Below, piece by piece: positions 50,860 to 62,207 of a stretch of 64,000 nt of DNA. Positions within the stretch are counted from its first letter, which is position 1; every line of letters starts with the position of its first letter. The notes under the pieces are model-generated. The model did no database searches. It was not told the origin of the DNA and saw only the letters and a program-made list of their open reading frames with translations. The DNA lies in sequence record PP456878.1, one strand, 5' to 3'. The stretch is from Pseudomonas phage vB_PaePAO1-KEN19. The translations under genes and the position numbers were made by a program.

Positions 50860-51565
50860 AATCTTAATTGATCTTGACTCACTATTAGATACACGGTTAG
50901 GAACCATTAGGTTACTAAATAAAGATGCAGCTAATAAGCTTGTTACCAATGGTCAAATTTACTGGCATAGGGAAATGGATGATTGGACTAAACTAACAGA
51001 TGGTTTAGTAACTAATGAACAATTTGTCGAAGCTTATTCTAAACGTGGTGGTGAAAATACTGCTGACACTATCAATAGTTCTATATTCACTGGTATCATT
51101 CCATTTATTATTCAATTAATAGCCCAATCAGATTTGAATAGATTAGATGGTATAGTTAATGCTAATTTTGAAACATGTCTTGAAGTCAATATCTGGCCAT
51201 ATGAATTGACACCAGATGCTCAAGATGAATTACTATACTGCTTACATAAGTACATTGGTGATCATATTCAGATCACCCTGATTAATACTCCATTAACAGA
51301 CCTTACTTGTTCTAGATTAAACTCTATCTATTCAATGGCGATTATGTATAATTTTGGAGAATGGTGTAAAACCCATGTTCTTGAATTAGGACAAGTGTTG
51401 ATGCCTGACTTTACTATTATTGGTCCAAAGCTATTTGAGAAAGATGTAAGTGAATTAGCTGTTGAAGATAAACAGTTTATTATCATGGATTTCCAGTTAA
51501 AGCATAAACTTAATATCGACTTTGATTTCATCGATGCTGAATACTTTTCCATGTTTAAGCCATGA
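50849..51565 (+). CDS. hypothetical protein (238 aa)
   Basis: ORF track; 11-nt overlap with the upstream gene. Confidence 0.5.
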   Translation: MFRKILIDLDSLLDTRLGTIRLLNKDAANKLVTNGQIYWHREMDDWTKLTDGLVTNEQFVEAYSKRGGENTADTINSSIFTGIIPFIIQLIAQSDLNRLDGIVNANFETCLEVNIWPYELTPDAQDELLYCLHKYIGDHIQITLINTPLTDLTCSRLNSIYSMAIMYNFGEWCKTHVLELGQVLMPDFTIIGPKLFEKDVSELAVEDKQFIIMDFQLKHKLNIDFDFIDAEYFSMFKP

Positions 51566-51574
51566 TACCCAATA

Positions 51575-51595
51575 GAAAGCCCTAATAGGGCTTTC
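51575..51595 (+). terminator. hairpin GAAAGCCC-TAATA-GGGCTTTC followed by TATGCTTTTTTTAG
   Basis: Canonical stem plus U-tract ending the plus-strand island. Confidence 0.65.
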
Positions 51596-51665
51596 TATGC
51601 TTTTTTTAGATATAACTGGTATGACGGCATGGTTAACAATGAATCAACCTTAAAAGACAAAATAA

Positions 51666-51685
51666 AGCCCTCCCCGAAGGGAGGG
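51666..51685 (-). terminator. hairpin GCCCTCCC-CGAA-GGGAGGGC (UUCG loop on the minus strand) followed by UUUAUUUUGUCUUUU
   Basis: 3' of the collagen-like gene. Confidence 0.7.
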
Positions 51686-51697
51686 CAATATGTCGTT

Positions 51698-54600
51698 TTA
51701 AATAACAGCACCTTTGGAAACTATCCAGTTAGTACCATCCCATAAGAGGGTAAGAACTGTTTTAGTATCACCTAGGTCATCTACTATTACTGGAGTACCA
51801 TTGTTCCATTGTAACACTGCACTAGAAAGTGTTGGCATAGCTACCTTACCAAGCAATACAAGAACAGCTGTGATCATACGATCAACAGGTCCATTCTCTA
51901 GTGTAATGGTTTGGTTAGCAGCAGTTTGAACCCTATAGCACTGTTGGTTAGCTGGTGTTAGAGTTAAAGCTGTACCAGTGAATGTACTTGATTTTAGGCT
52001 ATATGCATCGAATGATTTATCTAGCTTCTTCCAAGTAATATTAGTACCAGTACGGCTACGTAGCCAATCACCATCAGCGGTTACATCATTATTCGGCCCT
52101 TGGAATAGAGTCCATGATTTAGCCGCAGCATTACGTAGGAATAGTTGTCCACTAGTAGCATCAGCTTGATCAACTATAATAGTTACAGGTGTCCATTTAG
52201 AACCACTAGCTGTTTTCTCACGTACATAGTTAGTGCCATTAGCACCTTCACTAGGTACTTCACCAATAACTGCGGCTGGTACAGCTACCCATTCACCATT
52301 TTGCATACCCATTAGAGTATCATCGGTTTGCAGAGGTGCTACATCAACCCAGTTACCAGCTACACGACCTTGAGGCTTAGTAGCTTGTGCAGTATCGCGT
52401 ACTACATCTGAAGGAATTTCTGGGAATGTAATGGTAGCCCATTCAGTTTCACCCCCTGCAATACCTTTACGAACGTATTGTGCATTAACAACTGGACTAG
52501 GTACAGCATCAATGGCAGGTGTTGGTAATTCAATAGCAGTCCATTCAACAGCCCCGTCAGCGGTTGCTTTACGGCGACCATAGAAGACACCTACTTCAGC
52601 ATCTACCACCTCATCAACAGGTAGTTCAGTCCAACCGAGTTTGTACCGAACCATTTTCTTATCGACATCTTCTGGATCGACTTCACTAACTGGAACTGAC
52701 ATTAATTTGTAGAATACAACCCAGTTAGCATCTTTATACCAAACGGTACCAGTTTTGTCGATACACCAGTCACCACGATTACCATCGATAGAAGTGGGTG
52801 CAGTTTGACCTTCAGGTAGAATTACCCAAGAGGATCCACGTTCACCTTTCTGACCGGTTTTACCAGGGATACCTGGAACACCTTGTTTGCCCTCAGGACC
52901 TTCAGGACCCTGCGGACCCATGGCTAAGACACCTAGGCTTTCCCAAGTAAATGTACCTTCAGTATCGATACTTACAAATACTTCTACTTGTCCTTCAGTA
53001 TTGGTGCGAATGGCAATACCTTTACCTACGTTATCAGCAGATGCTACTGGTTTACCAGCATCATCACCAACATAGATAATTAATAGACCACCACCTTGTT
53101 TACCTTCAGGACCTTGTGGGCCTTCGACACCCTGGATACCCTGCTCACCATTTAGATTAATTGGGCCGATATAGCCATCAATTTCCTGACCTTGGTAAGT
53201 ATAGAGCATTGTACCTTCGTTAGTTTCAACCCAGTATGAATCACCAGTTACTAAGTCAGGATCAGTGTCTTTCTTTGGTAGTTGTGAAGCATCGGTTAAA
53301 ACACCTTTAATGTTTAAACCTTCACCCGGTTTACCTTGCGGACCTGCCATAATACCAATGCTAGTCCAGCGACTACCGTCCATGTTAACAAATACTTCGC
53401 CCGTGGACTTAACAGTATATGCTTTCCATTGGTTATCGGCAAGTGCTTCTGGTGGGGTATCTTCAGGAGTGTCAATCGCTGCGATGATCTGGATAGGTTC
53501 ACCAGCGGGACCTTGTGGGCCTTCTGGTCCCTCGGGTCCTTCTGGTCCCTGATCACCGTCTTTACCAGGTGCGCCATCTTCACCTTTAGGACCTCGATGT
53601 GTACCACTATTTACCCAATTACCATCTATCTTAACAAATAAGGTAGATGTGTCTTGTGTGAAGTACGCTGCCTGATCAGGAGCATCTGCCGGCAGGGCTG
53701 CCTCATTGGCAACAGCACCAGTAATAACTACGTTCTTACCATGTAGACTGATTAACCATTCACCCTCAGTACCAGTGAAGCCATTGTCCAATGCTACTTG
53801 GAAAGCCGATTTACCTTGTGCCCCTGGTTCACCAGGTAGACCTTGTTCGCCATCTTCACCTTGCGGACCTTCAGGGCCCTGCGGGCCACGGAATGAACCC
53901 ATGGCTGTCCATGAGATATCAACAGTCGGATCTTGGCCAGTCAGTACATAAACCGTATTGGTGGAACGTACTGAAACACCTTGGTATTGTTCTACACCAG
54001 TGGTGGTTAATAGATCATCAGCAGTTTCAACTGCTTTAACTACTTCTAAGTTACGACCTTGTGGACCAGGTTCACCTTGTTTACCATCGGGACCCGGATC
54101 ACCTGTATTACCTGGTTTACCTTGTGGGCCCTCAGGGCCTTGGAAAGTACCTAGGTCTGACCATGTCCCTTTTACAAAGATGAATAGATGTTCTGGTTTA
54201 CCAGCTTCCATAGTAACTAAGTATGCTTCTGATTCTTTAGCTACAGATGGATCAGGTAAATCAGCTGGTGATGGTAGTGAATCCTTAATGGTAAACGGCA
54301 TTGCTGGTTCACCCTGAGGACCTTCAGGACCAATTTCACCATCTTTACCTTGCGGACCCTCAGGGCCCTCAGGTCCACGTTCACCCTGTGGTGTAACTGG
54401 GAACCAATCATAGTCATCAATAGTTGGATTCTCTGGCGGATTATTACCTGAGATAAGCATCCACGCCCAGAGTTGATTATTCCATGAGTAAGCATCTCCA
54501 GGTTTATTACTTTCAGTCTTAGGTAATTCTAAGTTATTAGGCCAACGACCACGGATAACCAGACCAGTACCATCTGGACCACGAAGTGAACCTGTTTCAA

Positions 54601-54979
54601 CCCAACGACCTTTTACAGGGGGATCTTCATTACCTAGCGGTGATTCCCATACCCATAGCCGATCTTCAACGAACCAAGCATCACCGACATTATGCGTATC
54701 TAATGGTTTAATATCTTGTTCGAATGTTGCTAGATCAACATTAGCGATAATGTTAATAGCCGGACCAACTGGGCCAGGGGGACCTTGATCGCCATCTTTA
54801 CCCGGCTGACCATCTTCACCCTTTAATCCAGGTATAGTAACAGGATCAACGAAAGTGGTATTAAGACCCACCCCGGTAGAAACCGGGATGTGTCCATTAA
54901 CTACAGAAGTGGGTTCATCAATTGATGATACCCGTTTGGGGAGTTCCCCGTTTACATAATCTTCAAATGCAGAAGCCAT
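51698..54979 (-). CDS. collagen-like tail fibre protein (1093 aa)
   Basis: At least 8 blocks of Gly-X-Y repeats (for example GPEGPEGPEGPQGPAGEP, GEDGQPGKDGDQGPPGPVGP); also carries the fibre-repeat motif FQVALDNGFTGTEGEWLISLHGK shared with the upstream gene. Confidence 0.8.
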   Translation of the reverse strand: MASAFEDYVNGELPKRVSSIDEPTSVVNGHIPVSTGVGLNTTFVDPVTIPGLKGEDGQPGKDGDQGPPGPVGPAINIIANVDLATFEQDIKPLDTHNVGDAWFVEDRLWVWESPLGNEDPPVKGRWVETGSLRGPDGTGLVIRGRWPNNLELPKTESNKPGDAYSWNNQLWAWMLISGNNPPENPTIDDYDWFPVTPQGERGPEGPEGPQGKDGEIGPEGPQGEPAMPFTIKDSLPSPADLPDPSVAKESEAYLVTMEAGKPEHLFIFVKGTWSDLGTFQGPEGPQGKPGNTGDPGPDGKQGEPGPQGRNLEVVKAVETADDLLTTTGVEQYQGVSVRSTNTVYVLTGQDPTVDISWTAMGSFRGPQGPEGPQGEDGEQGLPGEPGAQGKSAFQVALDNGFTGTEGEWLISLHGKNVVITGAVANEAALPADAPDQAAYFTQDTSTLFVKIDGNWVNSGTHRGPKGEDGAPGKDGDQGPEGPEGPEGPQGPAGEPIQIIAAIDTPEDTPPEALADNQWKAYTVKSTGEVFVNMDGSRWTSIGIMAGPQGKPGEGLNIKGVLTDASQLPKKDTDPDLVTGDSYWVETNEGTMLYTYQGQEIDGYIGPINLNGEQGIQGVEGPQGPEGKQGGGLLIIYVGDDAGKPVASADNVGKGIAIRTNTEGQVEVFVSIDTEGTFTWESLGVLAMGPQGPEGPEGKQGVPGIPGKTGQKGERGSSWVILPEGQTAPTSIDGNRGDWCIDKTGTVWYKDANWVVFYKLMSVPVSEVDPEDVDKKMVRYKLGWTELPVDEVVDAEVGVFYGRRKATADGAVEWTAIELPTPAIDAVPSPVVNAQYVRKGIAGGETEWATITFPEIPSDVVRDTAQATKPQGRVAGNWVDVAPLQTDDTLMGMQNGEWVAVPAAVIGEVPSEGANGTNYVREKTASGSKWTPVTIIVDQADATSGQLFLRNAAAKSWTLFQGPNNDVTADGDWLRSRTGTNITWKKLDKSFDAYSLKSSTFTGTALTLTPANQQCYRVQTAANQTITLENGPVDRMITAVLVLLGKVAMPTLSSAVLQWNNGTPVIVDDLGDTKTVLTLLWDGTNWIVSKGAVI

Positions 54980-57348
54980 TATACTACTTCCTCAAGTTCG
55001 ATTTTCATCAGTCCAGTGGTATTGGATACAGCGTTTGCTGAGTCACAGTTATACCACTTATTGCCATCCTTGATGGTGTAGGTGTCAACTTGATTCGCAT
55101 CATCTGCCTTATAAGTGAAGTTTAAGCTACCAGTAGAACCTTTAGATAGGTTACTGCAACGTAGTTTACCAGTATTGGTTACTTCAGTACCAATATCAGT
55201 TTCACGGTTCGGCCAAGCAGCCACACTTAGAGTGCGGAATACAAATCCACCTAGTACGTAAGTACCACCATTTACACTATTAGCTTCAACACCAGCTAAA
55301 CCTTTTAGAACCACACTGTTAAAATCGTAGGTTCCTTTAGGATCATCGTCATGTACTAGTAACGCACGTGTCCATACCTTACCAGTGGCGTCAGATTTCC
55401 AATCCTCAGTAGCCCACTTACCGCCAGGCGCATTCATGGCCGGAGCTGCACTTAGTTTCTGAGTAGAGGTTAAAGTAATGACATGACTTTGTACTTGGGT
55501 TCCAAAGTTACCACCTGAACGAAGGCGAGCAGCAGGGTAGGTAACCGTCGCAGTAGGTACCGCATTTGCAATAGCTACAACAGCAGTAGCCGTAGCTACA
55601 CTACCATTAGCTGCACGTTTAGCAGTAATTAATAGGTTATTAGTGCTGTCGTTATAAGTACCAGACTTATAAGTAACTACCTTAGCAATTTCTGCTTCAT
55701 TTGCACTGGTTATAGTGAGCTGATCATTTGGTGAGGAATAAACCACACTATCAGCATTAGATACTGTATTGGCTACAGTGGCAGTTTCACCTACTTTAAT
55801 AGCACTTTGACCAGACGGATAAGTTACTTGACCAATATTAACAACTGGGCGAAGATCGTTTAACTGCATGGTGTTAATTTTATCTTCGGAACCAGCATCA
55901 CTGGAAGTAAACCATTCTGACCATGAACCAGTGGATTTCTGAACACGTACACGGAAACCATATGCCTTAGTAGTATTACCACGGTCAGCTACATAAAGAC
56001 CAGTAACCTCTAGTTCTTTAGTAGGTGCAACAGTACCACTACTTTCTTTCAGTGCACCAAAGTCAGCAATTTCGTATGCTACTATATTTTCATCAGTAAC
56101 TACTTTAATTGCAACAAGGTCATCTTCTTTAAGTTCTGTTTGACCTAACGGATAACCGCCAGTAAATACAGCACTAGTAATATTAGCGGGAGTATCGGCT
56201 AATACCTTAGTAGTGAATTTAGCCCCATCGGCGTGTTCTACAACAATATCAGCATAACCTTCAGTAGTGGGTGCACCAAGATCAATATCGGCAGTAGCAA
56301 TCCACATAGGTGGATTAACGCCAGGAGTTACAACTGCATCTATGTTATTGATTTTAACACTAGGTACATAACTAGAATGTCCAGTTATTGCATCAACGAT
56401 AACTCGAACATTACTAGTAGTTGATAGGCATGACTGTACGCTGTGCCCATCGGGGGTACGCACAATACTACCTACGTTCTGACTGGGGTCAGTTGCTTGT
56501 ACATCTTTGACGAATACACCGCCACTAATACCTTCATTTTTAGGAAGGTTCTTAAGATCAACAGTTGATTCATCAGCGCCTTCAACAATACGGATATTGC
56601 CGTCATTCTTGAATGCAATGTAATCAGTTAAACTACCAATCTGGAATTCACCATTGTCGTAAATACGAATTTCAGACTCAGGTAATTCGGGTAATGCACC
56701 TTGCGTAGTGGGTGCAGAGGCGTTCTTTAGATAAGAATAACCTTCTGCTTCCATACGGCCTTGTTCCATCATACGCTGTGGTACTTTATCACCAGCGGTT
56801 AAGTCATCTTGATTTAGGCGCTTATCAAACAGGAAAGCAAAGTTATGGAAAGCAGCGTTGGATGATAATCCACCATTCTTGCCAGTTACACGCAGTACAT
56901 CTTTAACTGTGTAACCTTGTTGATTTAAGAGCGACTGGAGTAGTTCAGCAGTCATGGTTGCATGCAGTGATGTTAACCATTCCTGTTCAGTACCTTGGAA
57001 ACCGTTTTCCACAGCTACTTCATATGCACTCTTACCAGCATCACCTTTAAGGGATGCTATAAACTCTTCTTCAGTACCAACGAAACCTAGATCGACTGCG
57101 ATTTGATAAGAAGATTTACCTTTAAGCGAATCAAGCCATTCGGTTTCAGTTCCCTGGAAACCATTTTTAACGGCAATCTCGTACGCACTAAGACCGGGTG
57201 CTCCAGTCTGTAGTTTTGACAGCAGAAACTTATAGTTATCGACTTGACCAGCTGCATCGGTATGAATTAATTCAATATACTCGCTATCGTTAAGAGTAGC
57301 TAGATCCGGCAGTTGACTGATCTTGCCTTTGTCTGTAGCATTTGCCAT
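54979..57348 (-). CDS. tail fibre-like protein (789 aa) with three tandem about 32-aa repeats
   Basis: SAYEIAVKNGFQGTETEWLDSLKG / SSYQIAVDLGFVGTEEEFIASLKG / SAYEVAVENGFQGTEQEWLTSLH; TAATG stop/start overlap with the downstream fibre gene. Confidence 0.7.
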   Translation of the reverse strand: MANATDKGKISQLPDLATLNDSEYIELIHTDAAGQVDNYKFLLSKLQTGAPGLSAYEIAVKNGFQGTETEWLDSLKGKSSYQIAVDLGFVGTEEEFIASLKGDAGKSAYEVAVENGFQGTEQEWLTSLHATMTAELLQSLLNQQGYTVKDVLRVTGKNGGLSSNAAFHNFAFLFDKRLNQDDLTAGDKVPQRMMEQGRMEAEGYSYLKNASAPTTQGALPELPESEIRIYDNGEFQIGSLTDYIAFKNDGNIRIVEGADESTVDLKNLPKNEGISGGVFVKDVQATDPSQNVGSIVRTPDGHSVQSCLSTTSNVRVIVDAITGHSSYVPSVKINNIDAVVTPGVNPPMWIATADIDLGAPTTEGYADIVVEHADGAKFTTKVLADTPANITSAVFTGGYPLGQTELKEDDLVAIKVVTDENIVAYEIADFGALKESSGTVAPTKELEVTGLYVADRGNTTKAYGFRVRVQKSTGSWSEWFTSSDAGSEDKINTMQLNDLRPVVNIGQVTYPSGQSAIKVGETATVANTVSNADSVVYSSPNDQLTITSANEAEIAKVVTYKSGTYNDSTNNLLITAKRAANGSVATATAVVAIANAVPTATVTYPAARLRSGGNFGTQVQSHVITLTSTQKLSAAPAMNAPGGKWATEDWKSDATGKVWTRALLVHDDDPKGTYDFNSVVLKGLAGVEANSVNGGTYVLGGFVFRTLSVAAWPNRETDIGTEVTNTGKLRCSNLSKGSTGSLNFTYKADDANQVDTYTIKDGNKWYNCDSANAVSNTTGLMKIELEEVV

Positions 57349-57450
57349 TTTTATTTCCTTGCTGTATAAGAAACACTAACATGTTAGTCTTTCGAAGAAG
57401 ACTCATACAGTAATGTACTATTGCTAATGAGTAATATTTTAACAACATAA

Positions 57451-57470
57451 GAGAGTCCCGAAGGACTCTC
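57451..57470 (-). terminator. hairpin GAGAGTCC-CGAA-GGACTCTC (UUCG loop on the minus strand) 3' of the endolysin gene
   Basis: Read directly. Confidence 0.5.
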
Positions 57471-57553
57471 AAAAAGTTACATTGACACAAGATGTGGTTT
57501 ATCATGAGGGGAAGTTTCACATGATACCATAGACTCCATTCTATTGCTACATC

Positions 57554-58377
<824 letters not shown>

Positions 58378-58397
58378 AGGTTCATTGAGGGTATTAC

Positions 58398-58931
58398 TTA
58401 ACTTTCTAGATAACGGATTTGACCATTTTCTAGATAACGTGCTGCACCATTCTCTAATAGTCGGATAGTATCTGACGTATCATCAATACGTTGAATTAGT
58501 ATATTACATTCACCATAGTAAGCATAACTACTCGACATAGCTACTATCGTGTATGGAACAATATCCGTAGTTGCATTGATTGGTGTTGTATCGAATGAAA
58601 TATCATCTGGTCCAAGCTTCCAACCTCGTGAACGGTTAATTTCTTCAGCAATCGCTTTAGGTGTTAAAGTACCAACTATCTTAAGGATAGATCCTTCACC
58701 AATAGCTCGTGGATCAGCAAAATCTAACCGACGGTAAGTTAACATGTACTTAATGTCAGTAGTAATGTCGATCATTTCAATAAATGTACGTCCAGGCTCA
58801 ACCGTGGTTGGACTAAAAAACATATCTTCAAATGTAACTGTTTCTGGTTTGAAGTTTATTTTTAAATCATCCCGCGCAAGTTTTACTAGCGCATTCCTCG
58901 ATGCCATGTCATACGGAAAGATATCCTGCAT
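58398..58931 (-). CDS. hypothetical protein (177 aa) inside the lysis cassette
   Basis: ORF track; no TM segment. Confidence 0.5.
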   Translation of the reverse strand: MQDIFPYDMASRNALVKLARDDLKINFKPETVTFEDMFFSPTTVEPGRTFIEMIDITTDIKYMLTYRRLDFADPRAIGEGSILKIVGTLTPKAIAEEINRSRGWKLGPDDISFDTTPINATTDIVPYTIVAMSSSYAYYGECNILIQRIDDTSDTIRLLENGAARYLENGQIRYLES

Positions 58932-59013
58932 GTCAAACCTCTATAGTGGTAAAATGTTTAATCCACATAGCATTATAAAGCCTTCCTCTTGAAGAGGAAG
59001 GCTATTATAGTTT

Positions 59014-59448
59014 TTATTGCATAAGCATCTTTATTAATTCAAAGGTACCTTGCACAATAGTCTTTAACACATTGGCACTTTCTTCTGACATAGGTGCACC
59101 AGATAAAACTACCATAGTAGATACTGATGCCCCAATAAGAGTAACGCCACCAGCTAATACCAATACCGCATTACGGTAAGAATCTTTAGCCTTCACTTCA
59201 GCAATTTCCCGGCTGAGAATTTTATATTGAAGATCTGAATCGGTAATAGCATAAATTAGACTAAGTACTTCCTCACCAGTTATACTTAGATTTATACGTT
59301 GTTCCTTTTCCAATACACTATTCAAATAGGTACGTATCTTCTTTCCATAGTCTTTAGAAGAAGATAAAGGATTACCATCGATCTCAATCAGAACGTCCTC
59401 TAGGGTCATGACTATTCTCCAAATTACGTTGACGTTCGTTCCATTCAC
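59014..59448 (-). CDS. membrane protein (144 aa), holin candidate
   Basis: One TM segment near the C-terminus (VLVLAGGVTLIGASVSTMVVLSGAP); lies between the spanins and the endolysin. Confidence 0.35.
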   Translation of the reverse strand: MNGTNVNVIWRIVMTLEDVLIEIDGNPLSSSKDYGKKIRTYLNSVLEKEQRINLSITGEEVLSLIYAITDSDLQYKILSREIAEVKAKDSYRNAVLVLAGGVTLIGASVSTMVVLSGAPMSEESANVLKTIVQGTFELIKMLMQ

Positions 59449-59746
59449 GCAATTTGTCTACTTGGATATTACATAGTCCAAGTGCATCAGTTTGTAAAAG
59501 CCAATGTTCGGTCATAAGTAAGAAACGTGCTTCATTCTCATCAGTAACCCCAACAGCTTTATATCTATCTAATGCATTGATGATCTCATTAGCTGTAGGT
59601 GGGGCTTCCACATCGCAAGGGAGAAGTAAACTACTTGGGATTGCAACTGGTATTTTCACGGGAGGCGGCACAGTAGTGCTCGTACATCCGTTTAGCAATA
59701 GCATTAATAGACTTATTAATGTTATCTTTTTTTGTGTCAGTTTCAT
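59384..59746 (-). CDS. o-spanin-like outer-membrane lipoprotein (about 120 aa), overlapping the i-spanin gene out of frame
   Basis: Start chosen at MKLTQKKITLISLLMLLLNGC (signal plus lipobox LLNGC); mature part Pro-rich (TVPPPVKIPVAIPSS); 116-nt overlap with the i-spanin 3' end. Confidence 0.55.
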   Translation of the reverse strand: MKLTQKKITLISLLMLLLNGCTSTTVPPPVKIPVAIPSSLLLPCDVEAPPTANEIINALDRYKAVGVTDENEARFLLMTEHWLLQTDALGLCNIQVDKLREWNERQRNLENSHDPRGRSD

Positions 59747-60137
59747 GTTTAATCTCAGTAGTGGTGCTTTCCCCATTAGTTGTTTTAGCTTTAACCTCAG
59801 GCCATACAGGTGGAGTATATCCACGACCTGATAAACTAATGTACTCATCAATCACCTCAGTGCGTGATTGCGCCTGCTCTTTTTGTATCTCTTTCTTTTT
59901 AGTAATTAGTTCAGCTTGAATTTTATCGGAGATACGATCTGATTCAATCCTAACCTTTTCTGCCGCTTCATAAGATTTAATTTTTCCAATTAAATCTGTA
60001 GAGCGAACAAGTTCCGTCTCATAACTATTTTTGTAATATATGATACCAATTAAGGCACCTATCAGAATAACTAATAGTAACCATATATGCAATGGCACGC
60101 TACCAATTATTTTTCGTATACCTGCTAATAGGAACAT
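59631..60137 (-). CDS. i-spanin-like inner-membrane protein (168 aa)
   Basis: N-terminal TM segment HIWLLLVILIGALIGIIYY, then charged coiled-coil KIKSYEAAEKVRIESDRISDKIQAELITKKKEIQKEQAQ. Confidence 0.55.
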   Translation of the reverse strand: MFLLAGIRKIIGSVPLHIWLLLVILIGALIGIIYYKNSYETELVRSTDLIGKIKSYEAAEKVRIESDRISDKIQAELITKKKEIQKEQAQSRTEVIDEYISLSGRGYTPPVWPEVKAKTTNGESTTTEIKHETDTKKDNINKSINAIAKRMYEHYCAASRENTSCNPK

Positions 60138-60152
60138 TGTTACCTCGAATTG

Positions 60153-60716
60153 TTAAACAATCCTAGTAAGGTAGTAGTAAGCTATCGCACAAGCATCCAT
60201 AGAGTGGTCATCTAGACTATCTATATCGATGTTCCATGTGATGTCAGTACGAGAACGCATTGCTTCTTTAACATCATCTTTAGTAGTACCCTTTACTTTT
60301 TTCATACCCGCATTGATTTTAACTGTAGTAGGATCAATCATGTATAAAGGTATAAATCTATCATACTCGTATAATGCTCTATGTACATAGGTCACACATT
60401 CTACAAGTACAGCGAAGCTTTGGGCAAACTTACCAAGATAGTTAGACTCTACAATAACTGCATGTGGTTTTTCAGTATGTAGTATATTTAGTACCACATC
60501 ACTCATTTGCTGCATTCTAGTAAATCTACTACCATGAACCTCGGAGATGGCAGCATATGCCGGATTTGTATCTTTAAGGTGGCAGGTAAATGCATTACGT
60601 ACCACCTTATTACTTCCATCCAACTTATCTTCCAGAATAGCTATGCCGAGGTTTTGTGAACCAGGGTCTAATGCTAGTACCCGAAATGGCTCATCACTCG
60701 CTGGAAGCTTAAGCAT
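60153..60716 (-). CDS. RuvC-family Holliday-junction resolvase (187 aa)
   Basis: VLALDPGSQNLGIAILE matches the RuvC N-terminal catalytic-Asp motif (ILGIDPGSRVTGYGV); C-terminal DHSMDACAIAYYY resembles the RuvC DxADAxAIA. Confidence 0.6.
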   Translation of the reverse strand: MLKLPASDEPFRVLALDPGSQNLGIAILEDKLDGSNKVVRNAFTCHLKDTNPAYAAISEVHGSRFTRMQQMSDVVLNILHTEKPHAVIVESNYLGKFAQSFAVLVECVTYVHRALYEYDRFIPLYMIDPTTVKINAGMKKVKGTTKDDVKEAMRSRTDITWNIDIDSLDDHSMDACAIAYYYLTRIV

Positions 60717-60718
60717 AT

Positions 60719-61645
<927 letters not shown>

Positions 61646-61682
61646 TTAGTACACTGTACTATTGAGTAAATTTGTAAGAGTT

Positions 61683-61700
61683 CCCCTCCACATGGAGGGG
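61683..61700 (-). terminator. hairpin CCCCTCC-ACAT-GGAGGGG followed by TTATGCTGTTA
   Basis: 3' of gene 61711-62199. Confidence 0.45.
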
Positions 61701-61710
61701 ATTTATGCTG

Positions 61711-62199
61711 TTAAGCAAATTTTTCAGGAGCACCACGTACCATTACACAGATCCATGATTGTCCATTATGGGAACGTTTTACTTCATGTAATTGGGATAG
61801 ATGGAATACTAATCCTTCACCTTTTCCAATTAATAGTTCCTCACCATCTAAAATGAACTTAGCATCAGGTCCAATATTCCAAGCAAGAATAGTACCGGAC
61901 TCGGGTTTATCTACCCAATAATTCATCTCATCTAGAAATCCATCTATTTTGGGGAAATCTAAAAACCATACTTGCAGTGCTTTGTTAAATAGCTCTTCGC
62001 CTAAAATTGGTTTAATTTCTTTACGCTGTTTAGCAGTCCAATTAAACCATTTTGAAGTATTATAAACACTACATGCTTTAAGGCCATTAGTGCCAACTCG
62101 CATACGGTGGCCATATGAGTCTCTAAATGAAACTTCGCCTTTAAGCTTTGTTAATGTTTTTAGTTCTGTCTTAGATAGAGTCTTAAGTTTAATTGCCAT
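61711..62199 (-). CDS. hypothetical protein (162 aa), possible cupin/DSBH-fold paralog of the next gene
   Basis: GLVFHLSQLHEVKRSHNGQSWICVMV resembles ATIFPIRSEPHEVPPVKNKRYVLIYL in the neighbour. Confidence 0.45.
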   Translation of the reverse strand: MAIKLKTLSKTELKTLTKLKGEVSFRDSYGHRMRVGTNGLKACSVYNTSKWFNWTAKQRKEIKPILGEELFNKALQVWFLDFPKIDGFLDEMNYWVDKPESGTILAWNIGPDAKFILDGEELLIGKGEGLVFHLSQLHEVKRSHNGQSWICVMVRGAPEKFA

Positions 62200-62207
62200 G
62201 TTGTACC

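Noticed and set aside
57290-57520. 76-aa ORF in the endolysin/fibre intergenic region (also 32793-32984, 47339-47593 and 46249-46437)
   Set aside because: These overlap terminator hairpins and promoter regions. At 32793-32984 the opposite strand carries the convincing 58-codon gene. There is no SD.
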